Positions 51,850 to 64,000 of a stretch of DNA of 64,000 nt are shown here, piece after piece. The notes beneath the pieces were generated by a model, which was not told where the DNA came from, searched no databases, and saw only the letters and a program-made list of their open reading frames with translations. The first letter of the stretch is position 1. Every line of letters begins with the position of its first letter. A program made the translations under genes and the position numbers. Source of the DNA: Haplodiscus bocki (Eukaryota); NCBI GenBank assembly GCA_965655095.1, contig OZ296648.1, positions 94,240,001 to 94,304,000 of the forward strand, read 5' to 3'.

Positions 51850-54800
51850 AACGTCGCGGCCCTGTTTTCATCTGGAAAACAATCATAAAACACTAGCGCC
51901 AACTTCCCTATGGGTCTTCGAGAAACCCCATCGGCTGACTTGATTGATGCTGACTGGATTACACCATCTTCACTAGGATACACATCAGTCATTCGCTCCG
52001 TCTTGTTCTCATGTCGCAGAAATGATTCATCGATCAGTCATAACAGGTCTGCAATTTTTAACACAAGTTCGGTGTCAGTAGCCCATTTTGATCGACATTC
52101 CACTTGGGAAGATATTCTTTCGCCCATTCTTTCAGATCATCTGATTGTATGGCTGAGCCACTTTGTACATCTTTTGGCAGTCCATGTATCTAACTGAATC
52201 TGGCATCAAGGGCTCCACTACCATAAATCGTCTAGGCAGAAAATGATTGGGCATTGATGCTGCCAGATCCTCTGGATCATGCTCACAGGCGTCAAGGGTC
52301 TGGCATTCAGCGTTGGTTCAACCAAACACATTGTCATTCTCAACACTGGCAACGTCAGGCGTCGCCATCCAAGAAACGCAAACATAGCTTTTTTGGAGAT
52401 ACGTACAAGTCTCTCCTAAATTCCCCCAAAATGTAGGAGGGTTGAATTTTCAAATGATTTGTCCACGTGCCAGTTTTTCACACACAGAGTCTTGATCCCC
52501 TCATTGAAGCTCTCTCTGAACTCTTGAGCATCCCCAATAATTTTAGTCCCGTTATTGTTGATGATTGTGTCCAGTTTAGCTATGAATCTGGAGATGGCCA
52601 TTATGCACGCATCAGTGTCTAGTCCATTCGCGACTTCTCTGTGAATTGCTCTGCTGACCAAACATGTACAAAAACAGCACCAGTGCTTTACTGGTCCACG
52701 TAATACAGTTACTTCAAATGGACCGAAAAAATGTACTCCAGTAATCTTGAAGGGATATAAATTACCTTCTACTCGTTCTTTCGGTAAATCAGCCAAACGA
52801 GGGTGAACTGTTTGCACTGACAACTCTCCACATTCTATGCACTTATATTTGATGCTGAGCAATGCAGTTTGTATTCCATTGACCCAAAATCGCCGCTGGA
52901 CCAGACTTCTCACATACTAGGTCCCTTCGCGGTGCTTGTCCTCATGCATTAGTTTCAACAGCAGAATCAGCGCAGGATGCTTGGCTGAGAAAAAATTTGG
53001 TGGTTTCAAATCGTTATTGATTGTTGCTATGCTCAGTTGACCCTTAAAATAAATCGTGTGGTTACAGTCAACAAATGGACAACGTTTTGCTAAGTCATGA
53101 TTCACTTTCTCTTAATTGTGATCTTCAAGTTTACTGAACATTTAGGCAAAGCTTTTACTTTGAGTCAGCTGCATGATCCAAGATTCAACCCTCTGACTTT
53201 CCAATGCTGTCAAAAAGCTCCGTTGCTTCGATATAGATCTAAGACATTAAACAACCCCCTTAATTTTTCTTTTGTATTTACCAAACATGGACCAATCTCT
53301 GAAGGTTTCTGTTTGATTAGTCATTAGAGCAAGGTCATCCAGCTTGGAATAAAGCCTACTTAACACATGTAGGACTGTTTTTGACACCAAAGACGTGGCT
53401 TGTAAATTCCGTGATGCCGTTTTTGTCTCAAATTTGCTTCTCCACAAGAATCTTAGCACTGTACACACTTGTGTTGGTACTCTCACTTGCAGAAAAATTG
53501 CTGCAATGTCCGCTGTCAAAACAATTTGATGAACCTCGGACCTAAAAACGATTTCCACTAAGTTTGCAAACAAATAAGACCTGTCAGCAGCTTGTCATGA
53601 CTGGACTCTCTCTCAATATTGGCTGCCGTGTTGCATACGCGTCTGACCTTTTCAGGTTTGTGTGGGTTGATAAGTGGATGATGCGGCACAAACCACTGTC
53701 TTTCGTTTTTGGTTTCATGTAGTTCGTTTTCGTCGACTTTTCAAGTATAGCTACTTTGCCTGTCAACATTGATAGTCTCCTCGTCTCTGTGCATGAAGGA
53801 CTCGTCCTGGTGCAAGCATCGTTCCAATGAATTGAATTACGAATGTGCGAAAAGATTTTCTGAATGGTGACCTTGTCTTTTGCCCAAGGTTAACTAACTT
53901 CGTAGCGACCATCCATCAGTTTTGTTATTTTCACTTAGTGCTCCAGAAAATTTTTGTCTCCTTCGGAAAGTCCACTGACATTCAGTGGTGTGGCGTATGA
54001 TTCCATGCTGAACCAGGTCTTCATTTGTGCATCCAGCCCATTGGCTTCAGCTGGAACATGACACGTTGCTGCAACCGGCAATGTTTTGGCAGGGGACCAT
54101 TAAATGTCCATTCGAATTTTGTCTTGACAGCCCACGCGTCATTACGCTTATCTTTTCTGTACGCGTCATGGGAAAACAAATAGTTGTTGTCTTGCCCCAG
54201 AACCACTTTGACCCTCGTCAGATCCATATTGTTGTCAGGCGAAGCATCCAAATGGCTATATTTCTTCTTGAAATCAATGTAAAAAGAGGATTTGTTCCCA
54301 AGTTAAAACGAAAGATGAACGCGGAACATCACTGAAAACGGGCGTTTTGGAGTTGCGACCTTAATTGTCACTCTTTCACTGGCGATTTTCTTTCTTCCAT
54401 TGATTCCAGCGATGTTGAGTGTGATTGCCTTTCCTTCGATACCCAATTGATATCTGATGACTTTGCATACAAAAGAGAGTGCCGATGCATTGTCACAAAG
54501 TGCCATCCTGTTAATGGAGTTAGCCCCACTCGAGAGGGTGATTGAAACAGTCTACGAATTTCCACTACACTATTTTGCAGTCATTGTAGCTATTTTGTTC
54601 CTTTTGAGCTTCGAAGTTTCTGTTGTCACAGTGCAAAAGTCTCTTATGACGCTGGCTGCATATTTGCCACTTACATGTACGATTGGCTTTACAGTGACCA
54701 ATACTGTGACCAGAGAATGGACAAGATCAGCAAAAATTGCTTTTTTGACAGCTCCATGTCGTTCTGACACTTCCATTTTCTTGATTGCATGACAGTGCCA

Positions 54801-56340
54801 GAGTTCGTGCTCTTCATTCATCAGAGGGCATTGAGTATTAACAAACCAACTGAAATCGCTCGTGGCTGCAAAGTTTGTGATCTTGGGTTTATCTTTTGTG
54901 GAGCTTGTTTTATCTCTGCCACCTGCAGAACCGAACAGCGAGCGTATGTCTCCGTGTACTTGAGCAATGTTCCTGAGCCATGCACTGAAGATTCTCATAT
55001 TCATGTAGTTGGCTTTGTATTTTTGCACGGACGCCAGCCATTTGTTTTTGAGGTCATTTAGTAACTTTCTGAGTGCACTGTTCAACACTGACTCTGAACT
55101 ATTGTCCATTTTGTATCCAAAATGAGTGAGCACATTGACGCATCCAGACACCACCTGGCAGGACTTCACAATCTGCATTGAATCGTTCGGTTTTATGAAA
55201 GAGTAGGCATGATTTTTCCTCAACTGCGCGTTCACAACCAACTCAGGTCTTCCAAAATCATGTTCCAAAATCTGCCAGGCCACGTGATACCTTTGACCAC
55301 AATGTCCCATGTCTTCAAATAGTTAATTTTGACACTGTCTGCTACCTCAGATTGTTCAATAGTCGCAATAAACTGACCAGATCATTCATACCTTTTTTCA
55401 AGGCTTGCCAGAGATTTTCCTTGAGACCATCTTTGGCAACTTCATTGGCACTGATATCGATGTAAAAGTTGTCAGCGTTAAGAGTACCCGAACGGTTGAT
55501 GACAACACAGGCTTCGGTTTTTGAGCTTTTACACCTTCAAAGTATGTACTACTAGGTACGAGAACAATTGAATTGAACTCCAAAAACTTGTTTGGCTTGC
55601 CATCAGTAGTGGCCCATGGTGCAGTTCTCGTCACTAGTTGTTATCGTCTAGTAACAGCCTGCTTCGATGGTCACGGCTTTTCACCTGAATAAACAGCCTG
55701 TGGTTCCTCCCCAACATTTATCCTCCCCAACATTTTTCCTCCCCAACATATGTCCTCCCCAACATTTGGTGGATTTACCCACGTACTGGTTTTACCTTCT
55801 GGAACAACACTCTAGCGCTACAAACACTACCTCCTCATGAAATCTGATCAATGATTTCCAACTTCCTATTTTTCACACACAATTTTTTTGCCGCTTAAAT
55901 TGTGCCAATTTCATAGCTTTTTTTGAGGTTCAATCTCCACTTACTGAAAATTGAAGTTCCAGCTCTCTCTGCTGGCTTTGCAGTTCCAACTCATTCTATC
56001 TTCTCTCTATTGCTGCTCTGGTTTCATCTCTCAAAACTTCCGCCTCAATTTTTGCACTCCTTTTAGAAGAGCCTAACGATGGGTTTGAACATGGCCTCTT
56101 GCCTAGTATTCCCAGAATAAAGCCAGAATTTTTCGGCGAAAAATCATTCTTCTGAAGTAAGAGGACACTAACACTGGTGATGTTCGGATTACCATCTACG
56201 GCAGCTTTAAATTCCTGTTGTTCAACTGTTGTTGGAACGCTTTTCTGTGTTGTTTGTCCATTGTTTGCATAAATTGTCGTCATCAAGGAATTATGTTGAC
56301 TTTGGTGATCTGCAGGCGAGCTCTCTTTCATCTTTTCTTC
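51850..56340 (-). mobile_element. BEL/Pao LTR retrotransposon, decayed; C-terminal RT and RNase H deleted
   Basis: gag DFGRPELVVNAQLRK..CPLMNEEHELWHC (54570..55310). Protease ALCDNAS. RT LTADIAAIFLQV..LRFLWR. Integrase FWVNGI..CIEC..LADLPKERV..GVHFFGPF..CTCLVSRAIHREV (52416..52913). Typical 3' end gaaaacagggccgcgacgt at ~51850-51868. Confidence 0.92.
55705..55765. repeat. 16-bp tandem repeat x4 within BEL gag
   Basis: tcctccccaacat repeated four times. Confidence 0.9.
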
Positions 56341-56559
56341 AGCTCCGACGGATGGATCTTTCCTTCCAAGAGGTATCTGGGCAGATGCAATTTTTGACTT
56401 TATATTTTTGTAAAGGAAATATCCAACTCTTCACCTCGCACATCTCAAGGGTTTGTCTTTCTTTTTGCGATAAGCGCATACGATCGCTCGCGCCTGGTGT
56501 GATTTCCCTACACTTTTGGTCGTCAGTTTTCTCCATCTCATCTAAAAGTTGATTGTGCC

Positions 56560-58210
56560 GTTGTACAACGTTGCAATTTTGGTAGAGCAATCCTTTTTTC
56601 GGATCAGTTCATCATTTTTTGAACCAGGTTGGTGTATTTTTTCGTATCCATCACTCAATTTGTTTTCAAGTCGACAAAAGATAAAAAAATAAGCTCGGTT
56701 CATGAAAATTACCAACTAGCTATCCAGAAAGGCACATTATATCAGGATTAGAGTTTGTCCACTGCTCGAAAATACTCTTCATGGCTTGCTGAAAATCCGA
56801 ATGCCGTGTCGAGCCTTCAATCGTTGCCTTTAGCTGCAGCATATTGTTTCTCGTTTTCTGAATGTCTTTCATTTTGGTTTCCATGCTCGCCGCTTTACTT
56901 TTTTTAATCCCGTACCCGACGCCTTCTTCTTTTGTCCCTGTGGTTGTCCGATTGCTTCATTGGACTTTTCCGCAGAAAGTGTTTTGTTAATCTCAATTAT
57001 TCTTTCATGCACGGATTCCACATGGGTTTTCCATTTGGTTCAGTTGCTGGAATCTTTCGAACCCGCATTTTATCTGTGTATCATGAAAAGTCCCCAAAAA
57101 TCCAATTTTCACTGGCGGAATCATCTTCACACAAAGTCTTGTATTACGTGAAATCCGATGCAAATTTTAGATATGCTGCAGACGCACACGTGCAAACTAT
57201 CACACTTTCAGTTTCCTGGGTTTGCACTTGTTGCCCGAGTTGGCTGACTAAATGAACAGCTGACTCAAATTTTAACAAGTGATCCAAGCTTGTGCCGGTC
57301 ATTGGTCGATCCTTTTTTCACTAATAAAAAATTCCATTTATTAAAGGATTGTATCTGTAAGTTGATGTGAAATAGCTCCTGCTGTAGAAAGCTGTTCCTA
57401 ACTTCGAATGTTGCCATCTGCAACTCTTCTCCGAACTAGACAATTTTGTTGATAATATTCCCAACTAGGACTCAAAACTATCTTTAGTGCTCAACTAAGA
57501 AGAATTGAATGACATAATTATCCAGCTGTAACACAACCGATTACTAGCATTATTCCAAATCGGACTGACTAAACGATAGAGTGCATTGTTTACATAACAA
57601 ACAAACAAAAAAAACAAACAAACCAATGAATGGAATTAGATTATTACCGCGTGAATAAAAGGTGGATTCTCGGCGGCCAAGATCAGAAAAACCATGTAGG
57701 AGCCACAAATAGGTAGATGAATGTGAAACAACTCGAGATGAAAAATGCACACAAAATCTTTAAAGTATTCAAAATATGGTAAAAGAAACGCAATTTTCTA
57801 TGAGATTATCAAACAGAATAAAATCATTAAGTGTCACGAATGGGTGTAATGAATCTAAAGAAGCGCAAAAGGGTCCAAGCGCTTGATAAACATATTGGAA
57901 ACAAGATCGATGTTTTGAGAATGACAGAGGGACCGGGAAATGGGAAACCACACTTTAAAACATCAATTTCTGATGAATAAATCTATCAAGACAACAAATT
58001 TTTCCAATTTATGCTCTCAAATACTGGTCAAATGGATCGGTTTAACAAAAAAATGAAAATTTGATACACCAACGAACTAGAGTGTTTCAGTTGTCGACTT
58101 TTTGAAGAGATGGAAAGGATGAAATTGTTCAAGAACTTAACAAAAGACATAATTCTCAGAGGCGTCCTGTAGGGCGGGATTTTTTTGTCTCTGATTGGGC
58201 GGAAACTGCG
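56560..58210 (-). mobile_element. 5' part of a second copy of the same LINE-like family (UTR repeat copy 2 plus PHD-like/coiled-coil ORF1 remnant)
   Basis: 57260-58210 repeats 50604-51576. It is followed on minus by ESVIVCTCAS..YKTLCEDDSASENWIFG (decayed PHD-like) and K/E-rich sequence. Confidence 0.45.
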
Positions 58211-58699
58211 ATTGGGGAAAAAGCCGTGGATTGTTGTTTGATTGTTTGTCAATCATAGTCTCCACTGTCTAAGTGCTGACTGCGTCTTATCTTTTTTTCA
58301 TAAGAAAGAGGCATAATTTTGCGTAGTCTAGAAGTTACTAAGCTCATATTGCTCGGCAACTTTATGTTTTTCTTGCTCTATAGTCTTCTTATTAGTTTTT
58401 GTGGTATCACTTTTGGGTGATTGTAGGCTCACTTGGAAGTGTTCGGAAGTCCCGTATTAACTTCTTTCTCGGAAAAAGTTTGTTAAAATACTTTGATGGC
58501 TTGAGGGATTGTTGCTGCAGACAAAATACGTGTCGATTGAACTTTTTGTCGACATGTTGGGCACTGAAACCACGAAAGATTGATTTTAATTTTCACATCC
58601 TGAGTTGTTGATTTTTGCCGACACTATCCCCACCCTAGAGATGGAAATTTTTTTTCGTCTCCAGGGACTGAGTAAGTCTGGCTGCATTTCTCCACGTCA

Positions 58700-60900
58700 A
58701 TTTCGCATTTTTTATAATTTTATCTTTTTTAGCTCAATTCTGTTATCATGAGCTTTGTAATTTGCCGTCTGGGTTTACAGTTTTACTTCTGCCCGTTGTA
58801 TGGTACATTAGTTCAACAGGGGGTAACACTAAAAGGCGTCAAACTCAAAAACATCACAGAGTGGTACTTTTGATTGTTTTTTCTTTTTTTTTGTGGAACT
58901 TTTGCAGAAATTTCACCCTCATTTTCTCAAAGTTGCATCTGTGGTTGTCAGAGGGACCTCAGCAGCGTATGGACTGTGATCTGAAAATACCATATGCTTT
59001 TAGATTACCTTCGTGGAATGATTGCTCAAAAAAACTTGAAACTCAGCTTGCAATGGAAAAAACATGAGGATGAGTCGTGCTGATTTCTTGTTAGCTGGAA
59101 TTGAGAAGTTTTGATCGGATCTTCCATAACCGTTCTCAGATTGTTTTTTTATTTTCCGGGTCTTGGAACACAGACTTTGGGATTTCTGCGATAACAAAAA
59201 CCGATTTGGCTCCTCCTAAAGTTTGCTCCGACTCCATATTTTTACCTGAACTCGAATGGCCAATAGTTGAAAAGTGGTTTGAGTGCCAGGATTGCTAGTT
59301 ATATCTGCTGAGTTCTTATCTTGTACGTATATCACTAGAAACAGTAATATATGAGGTGGTACGACTATCTGGATTTTTTCCGAGGCTCTATAGGTTGGTA
59401 ATTTTGAGATTTCTAACGCATTCAATTGGAGAATGTGAACTCGTTGGTCGCTACTTGAGGAAGCCAATGGGATCAAGATTTTTCTACAGACCGGTAGTAT
59501 TAAATGGAGGTTTCTGTTGTCACAAAACAAACGAAAGAAGTTGCCCCGTGTCCATTTTTCCGTAAACCCACTTCAGTCGCGGTATCTTAAAACAACTTTT
59601 TGGGCAGGCAAATTGTTGCTATTGGATTTTAGATATTTAAATGTCTGGAAGTTTTACCAAATACGTGCAGAACAGTGGCAATTTTCTTGATTGACTTTTT
59701 TTTGGTTTTCTTTAATTGTCATTGGTGATTGCAGTTTTAAAAGTCAACTCAATGTTTGTTTTTTATTGAATATGGTTTTTTTGGCGTCGCAATTTTCTCC
59801 AAATGGGTTTTTAAAGCTGCGATTGTTCACCGACTGTTCCAAATACTCAAAATGCTGCATGACGGTGGAGTTCAATTGCGCGTATGTCCATTATGAACCT
59901 ACGATTGGGATTTTCAGGACTTAACCTTTTAGCTGGTCATTCTTGTTGGAAAATCAACCAAAATTCGCCAATTTTGATCCCACTAACTTGAAAAGTGAGA
60001 AACGAGCTAGAACTGGTTCACTTACTGTGAATCAAAAATCAGAATGCGGTTATCGTCAGTTGGGGCACTTTTTGCTAGGGTCACTCAGACATGTCATAAC
60101 ATACTGTTCAACACGACAAACAGAGGTCCAAATGGGCTGAAAGTTGGTCGATTATCATTTGAGTTGATACCAACATCTAATCCAGTCCACTGGTGCATCT
60201 GATATTGTCAGTAAAAGTTAAACATGGTCAAATTTCTATTCCAATATTTGGCAAAAAATCGGCCACCGAACGCTCTAAATTTTGATGAGAACAGTTCAAA
60301 TCCATCTCGTTTGGCTTGAATTGGACTTACAGACTTTTGAATTTACACAAGGTTGGAATGTTACATCGAAATTGATGTTTTTGGTTTAGGAAACTTTCAG
60401 GTGCTATTCAATGTTTCGCCCTACTTTACACCACAAATCGTTGAAGCTCTACATATCCGGTTAAAACGTGTACAAGATGAGATCGGTCGGGCAGCATCTT
60501 TGTTCTCAAGAAACATGCTTCTTGCTTTACTGGATATGGTTTCCAGGCTCCGAAGGCTCCTTTACTTCTTACTTTGATGCTTTTTTGTTCTCTGATCTTC
60601 GTTTTCATACAACTCCCGCCAAATAGGCCGATTTGCGTCGTTTTAGCGTTTCAAAGTGGAAGCAAAGGCGATTCCTGCATAAAAATGTCGCCTTGGTCTG
60701 ACAGGCCAGGGTTACTGGATGGGAAATGCCAACTTCGCGGTCGTCAGTCTGAAAACAAGAAATTCTACAGAGATTTGAGGGTGTTTTGATTGTTGCGGTA
60801 AGAAAACGTCCCACCTGATGTTGTCTGGGGTAGCCGAAGACGATACAGCAGTTCTTCATTTTTCCACTTTTGACCCTTCTGTATCTTGAGTTTCAGGCTG
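58700..60900 (-). pseudogene. Possible env/fusion-protein-like ORF remnant of a Gypsy element
   Basis: Weak ordered resemblance only: KNCCIVFG..ATIKTP, TFLCRNRLCFHFET, ICG, VLKIPIV, FACPKS, LPVCRKILIPL. Confidence 0.25.
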
Positions 60901-62290
60901 ATTTTTGCTGTTTTTGGCTCTGTTTTTGCTCTTTGTTGATTGTTTTCTTCCGAAAAGCTTCCAAATTGTACTGGAATGAATTGAGATGGAGAAGTAGGCC
61001 TTAGAGGCCGCCCTTCAAATTTCTACGTTGGTGCTAAGACGGAATGTGATCGGACACATAACTAATCAGAAAGCTCTGGCAGAAAAACAGGAAATTTTGC
61101 CATAAGGTTGAAAAAGAGAAGGCAATTGAGTGTTTCTTACCAGGTTGCTCGAAGGACTTCTTTTGGGAAACCTCTGGATGGAATTCCAAGTTAGATGATG
61201 CTCCCGTGGGACAGTTTTGTTTCTTTGGGAAGACTGGCAAAATTCGGATCCTTTCAGACTTTCTGGTTTTAGGTTTTGCCGCAATCAATTTCAGATGTGA
61301 AACTAAGGTTTATCTAAACAAAGAGACCCTGGGAATTTTAAATAGCAAATATACATGGTAAACATTAAGAACTGGACAGCGGCTTCATTTCTAAGGATTC
61401 TTACAACACCTGCTGACCCTAAACCTTACCAGGAAAACCTACTCTACGGAACTGGGCTTCAATTGTCTTGACCTAAAAAGTGCAATTATTCTTTTTTCGT
61501 CCTTCAAATACAACTTTTTGTCAACCCCTCGGTGATCGCCAATCAAAATTACTATCTGATAGGAACTCTTGATAGTCTCTCACAGTATAGTGTAGGGCAA
61601 CAGGTCACCAAGTGCGAGAGGACGGGAAATTTCTCGAACCCCTTGAATTCCTTCGATTTTTTCCTTTGTGATTTTTTGACATTCCAGAACTTTCAGGCTC
61701 AGCCTACAAACTTAGACATTAAAATGCGGTTACTTAACCCTTATGATCGGAAACATCTACTCAGTAACTATAATGATGTTCCGTTAGTTTCACCCATAAC
61801 AATTAAAGAACAACAGGGGAAGTCTTCCTGGTCAAATTTCAGTGAGGTTTTCCTCTTGATTTTCCGGTATAGAGTGAGTTGGGCGCTGATCTGTCTTCTC
61901 CGGCCTTTGTAATACTGCATCGCCCACGTCATGCTCTGCATTCTGTGAGAGCATCCGAAAAGGGATTTCAAGATGATCGAAAATTTGACTTTTTCAAATG
62001 TTCCATCAAAAGGGTTCCAATGCATAGCGTTAAGAGCAGTGCCGCTTTCGGCCGTTGCCAGTTTGCCTGTTCTTCATTTGATTGCTGACATCAGGCAATT
62101 TCTGTGTCGATTCCCTGTAACGTCGCAATTTTCACAGATGAAACACCAAGAAACCCCTAGAAGAAGTTATACCAGTAAGTTCTCTCGTTTCGAGCAAGTG
62201 GTGCAGCAAATTATCACAATGCTACTGCTTTTGTTCTTAATGCTTGACTTGGTCATAATGGTTTGAATACCAAAGCTCGAAAACACACCC

Positions 62291-62540
62291 CAGGTCGAGT
62301 CGAACTTTTTTGGGAAAACGCCGGTATTTTTCCGGTTCAACGCCATTAACGCCGCTATTTTCCCGGTTCAACGCCGTTAACACCGCTATTTTTTCGGTTA
62401 AACGCCGTTAACGCCGCAATTTTTCCGATTCAACGCCGATAACGCCGCTATTTTTCCGGTTAATAACGGATCCTGTGGCTAATTTTGACCGCCGTTAACG
62501 CCTTATACCGGAAAAGTTTCGGCCATTATTTCGACAAGGG
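62291..62540 (-). mobile_element. MITE-like element with a 31-bp minisatellite (~5 units)
   Basis: Unit aacgccgctatttttccggttcaacgccgtt; reverse complement of 24082-24321, including the unique core tgtggctaattttg.ccgccgttaac. Confidence 0.85.
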
Positions 62541-62707
62541 ACACCGTACCCGGAAAACGGTTGGTCAAGGTCGAACAGGGCTGTGAAACTTTCTGGGTGC
62601 ATACTACCAAAAATTCTACGAACGTTTTACCCCAAAGTCTAATTTAGTAGTAGAAAATTTTGTGAAAATGCATCTCAAAAAGAAGTGAACTTTGCTGTTT
62701 TCAACAG

Positions 62708-62845
62708 GTTGCCAGTAGAAATGGAAGCTCAGTGACGCAAAGACTGTACCCAGATAACCCGATAATGGATGTCATGAGGACAAACAGCACGGCGATTGAA
62801 ATCAAATGGACGGTGGAAGGAGTTACGACTGGATTCATTTTGAAG
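62708..62845 (+). CDS. Next exon of the FN3 gene (46 codons, missed by the ORF track)
   Basis: Acceptor ctgttttcaacag|. VASRNGSSVTQRLYPDNPIMDVMRTNSTAIEIKWTVEGVTTGFILK completes the FN3 repeat cut at 46794 and starts the next one (phase 0). Probable donor AAG|gcatgt. Confidence 0.85.
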
Positions 62846-64000
62846 GCATGTTCTAAAAAATGGAATATTTGAAAAAGCAAAAATGACACTTTAGTTGCGA
62901 AAGTGTTCGATTACAACTAAGACAATCTGCAATTGAAGCAGTTCACGCGAGCTCGCTGTTATTTTAAAATAATGTCACTTGTGATGCATGATAAGTGCTC
63001 AGAGGAATTACCAGAGATATTTCAAGTTATATATATCAATCAATCTTACTTATCAATAATTAAACTTATCAATCGATATTACAAAATCCTACGGCAAAAA
63101 AGTACAAGCATTTTTGAAGAACAGACCAGAATACCCCTCAAACTAAACATCGAAAAAATTTGATGTCGTCAAAAACGAAAAACAATTGAGCAATTCTTGC
63201 AGATTTCAGTCCATACGGATATGAAGTCAACGGAAGAAGCCTTTTTTGAACAAAAAAACCCCAAAATTGATCCATTCGTGGCCAAATCACTTCTGGAATC
63301 CAATTGAAAACGTTTCCATCAAAGTGCAATACGGGAAAACTTCAATCTAAAACATAAAACACAGCTGAAAAAAAACTCATTCCAATAACGGCGGTAACTA
63401 TACCCATCAATACAATGAGTAAAAGAGAAACTGTAACCAGATTCCTTCATTTATGTCTGAACCAAATTTAAGCACCAGCTCAAAGACATGTATGCATCTC
63501 AAAAAGTTCAAGACTTTTTCTAGTCTTCGCAGGCCAGAAACACATTTCAGGCACGCACAGGGCCACCTATGAGCAGGTGCGTTAACAGGCTCCATTAACA
63601 TCTTTCAAAGCACAAAGATTACAGTATACGAAGTAGTACATCAAAAGACAGTTAACACGAAACTTGGAAAACAGACTCTTTGGTTTTCAGAAGTAATCAA
63701 AGACATTTACCACTACTTCTAAGAAAAATAGGTTGGAATACAAAAAAGACAGAAAGTAAAGTTGCATTGCTTTCCTAAAGCTTATCAATTGATATTACAA
63801 AATCATATGGCTAAAAAGTACACTGTAAAACTTGTGCCTTTACTCCACCAATTTTAACATTCAAGTTGCTTTGAGTTTTTTTATGTAGCCCGATAAGATC
63901 CGTTTTTAAGTTGTTTCCTCTTTAGATTTAAGTGACAACGGCCAGTTCCCGATAATTTTGATGGTAGTGAAGATTTTTTCAGCGAGCTATGTTTTCTCGA

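Noticed and set aside
62318-62462. Palindrome-rich ~31-bp repeats resembling a CRISPR array
   Set aside because: Units are adjacent with no unique spacers, there are no cas genes, and the context is eukaryotic.
63066-63822. ~40-bp direct repeat ttatcaat.gatattacaaaatc.ta.ggc.aaaaagtaca
   Set aside because: Too short to define an element within the window.

Overview
AT-rich eukaryotic (animal) genomic window made up mostly of decayed transposable elements, with one large, sparsely exonic host gene. The TE repertoire reminds me of acoel worms, but that is an unverified impression. Left of a 200-N scaffold gap (19678-19877) lie: (i) a head-to-tail tandem of Ty3/Gypsy elements on the minus strand, with gag, PR-RT-RH-INT pol and an extra downstream ORF; (ii) nested in it, the 3' half of a second LTR element on the plus strand, carrying a divergent pair of cargo genes, one of them intron-containing with a hAT-type zinc finger; (iii) a decayed Polinton/Maverick (adintovirus-like) capsid plus adenain module. 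Right of the gap, a plus-strand gene has three recognisable exons (20917-21539, 42621-46794, 62708-62845). These encode a SUEL/Gal-lectin-like domain, a chitin-binding CBM14-like domain split by a ~21-kb intron, and ~15 FN3 repeats, an R3 receptor-PTP-like ectodomain. The 4.2-kb exon has two frame disruptions. The introns hold two BEL/Pao remnants, L2/CR1-like LINE remnants, MITEs, a tRNA-derived SINE and a ~340-bp satellite. All protein assignments come from motif recognition by eye; no searches were run.
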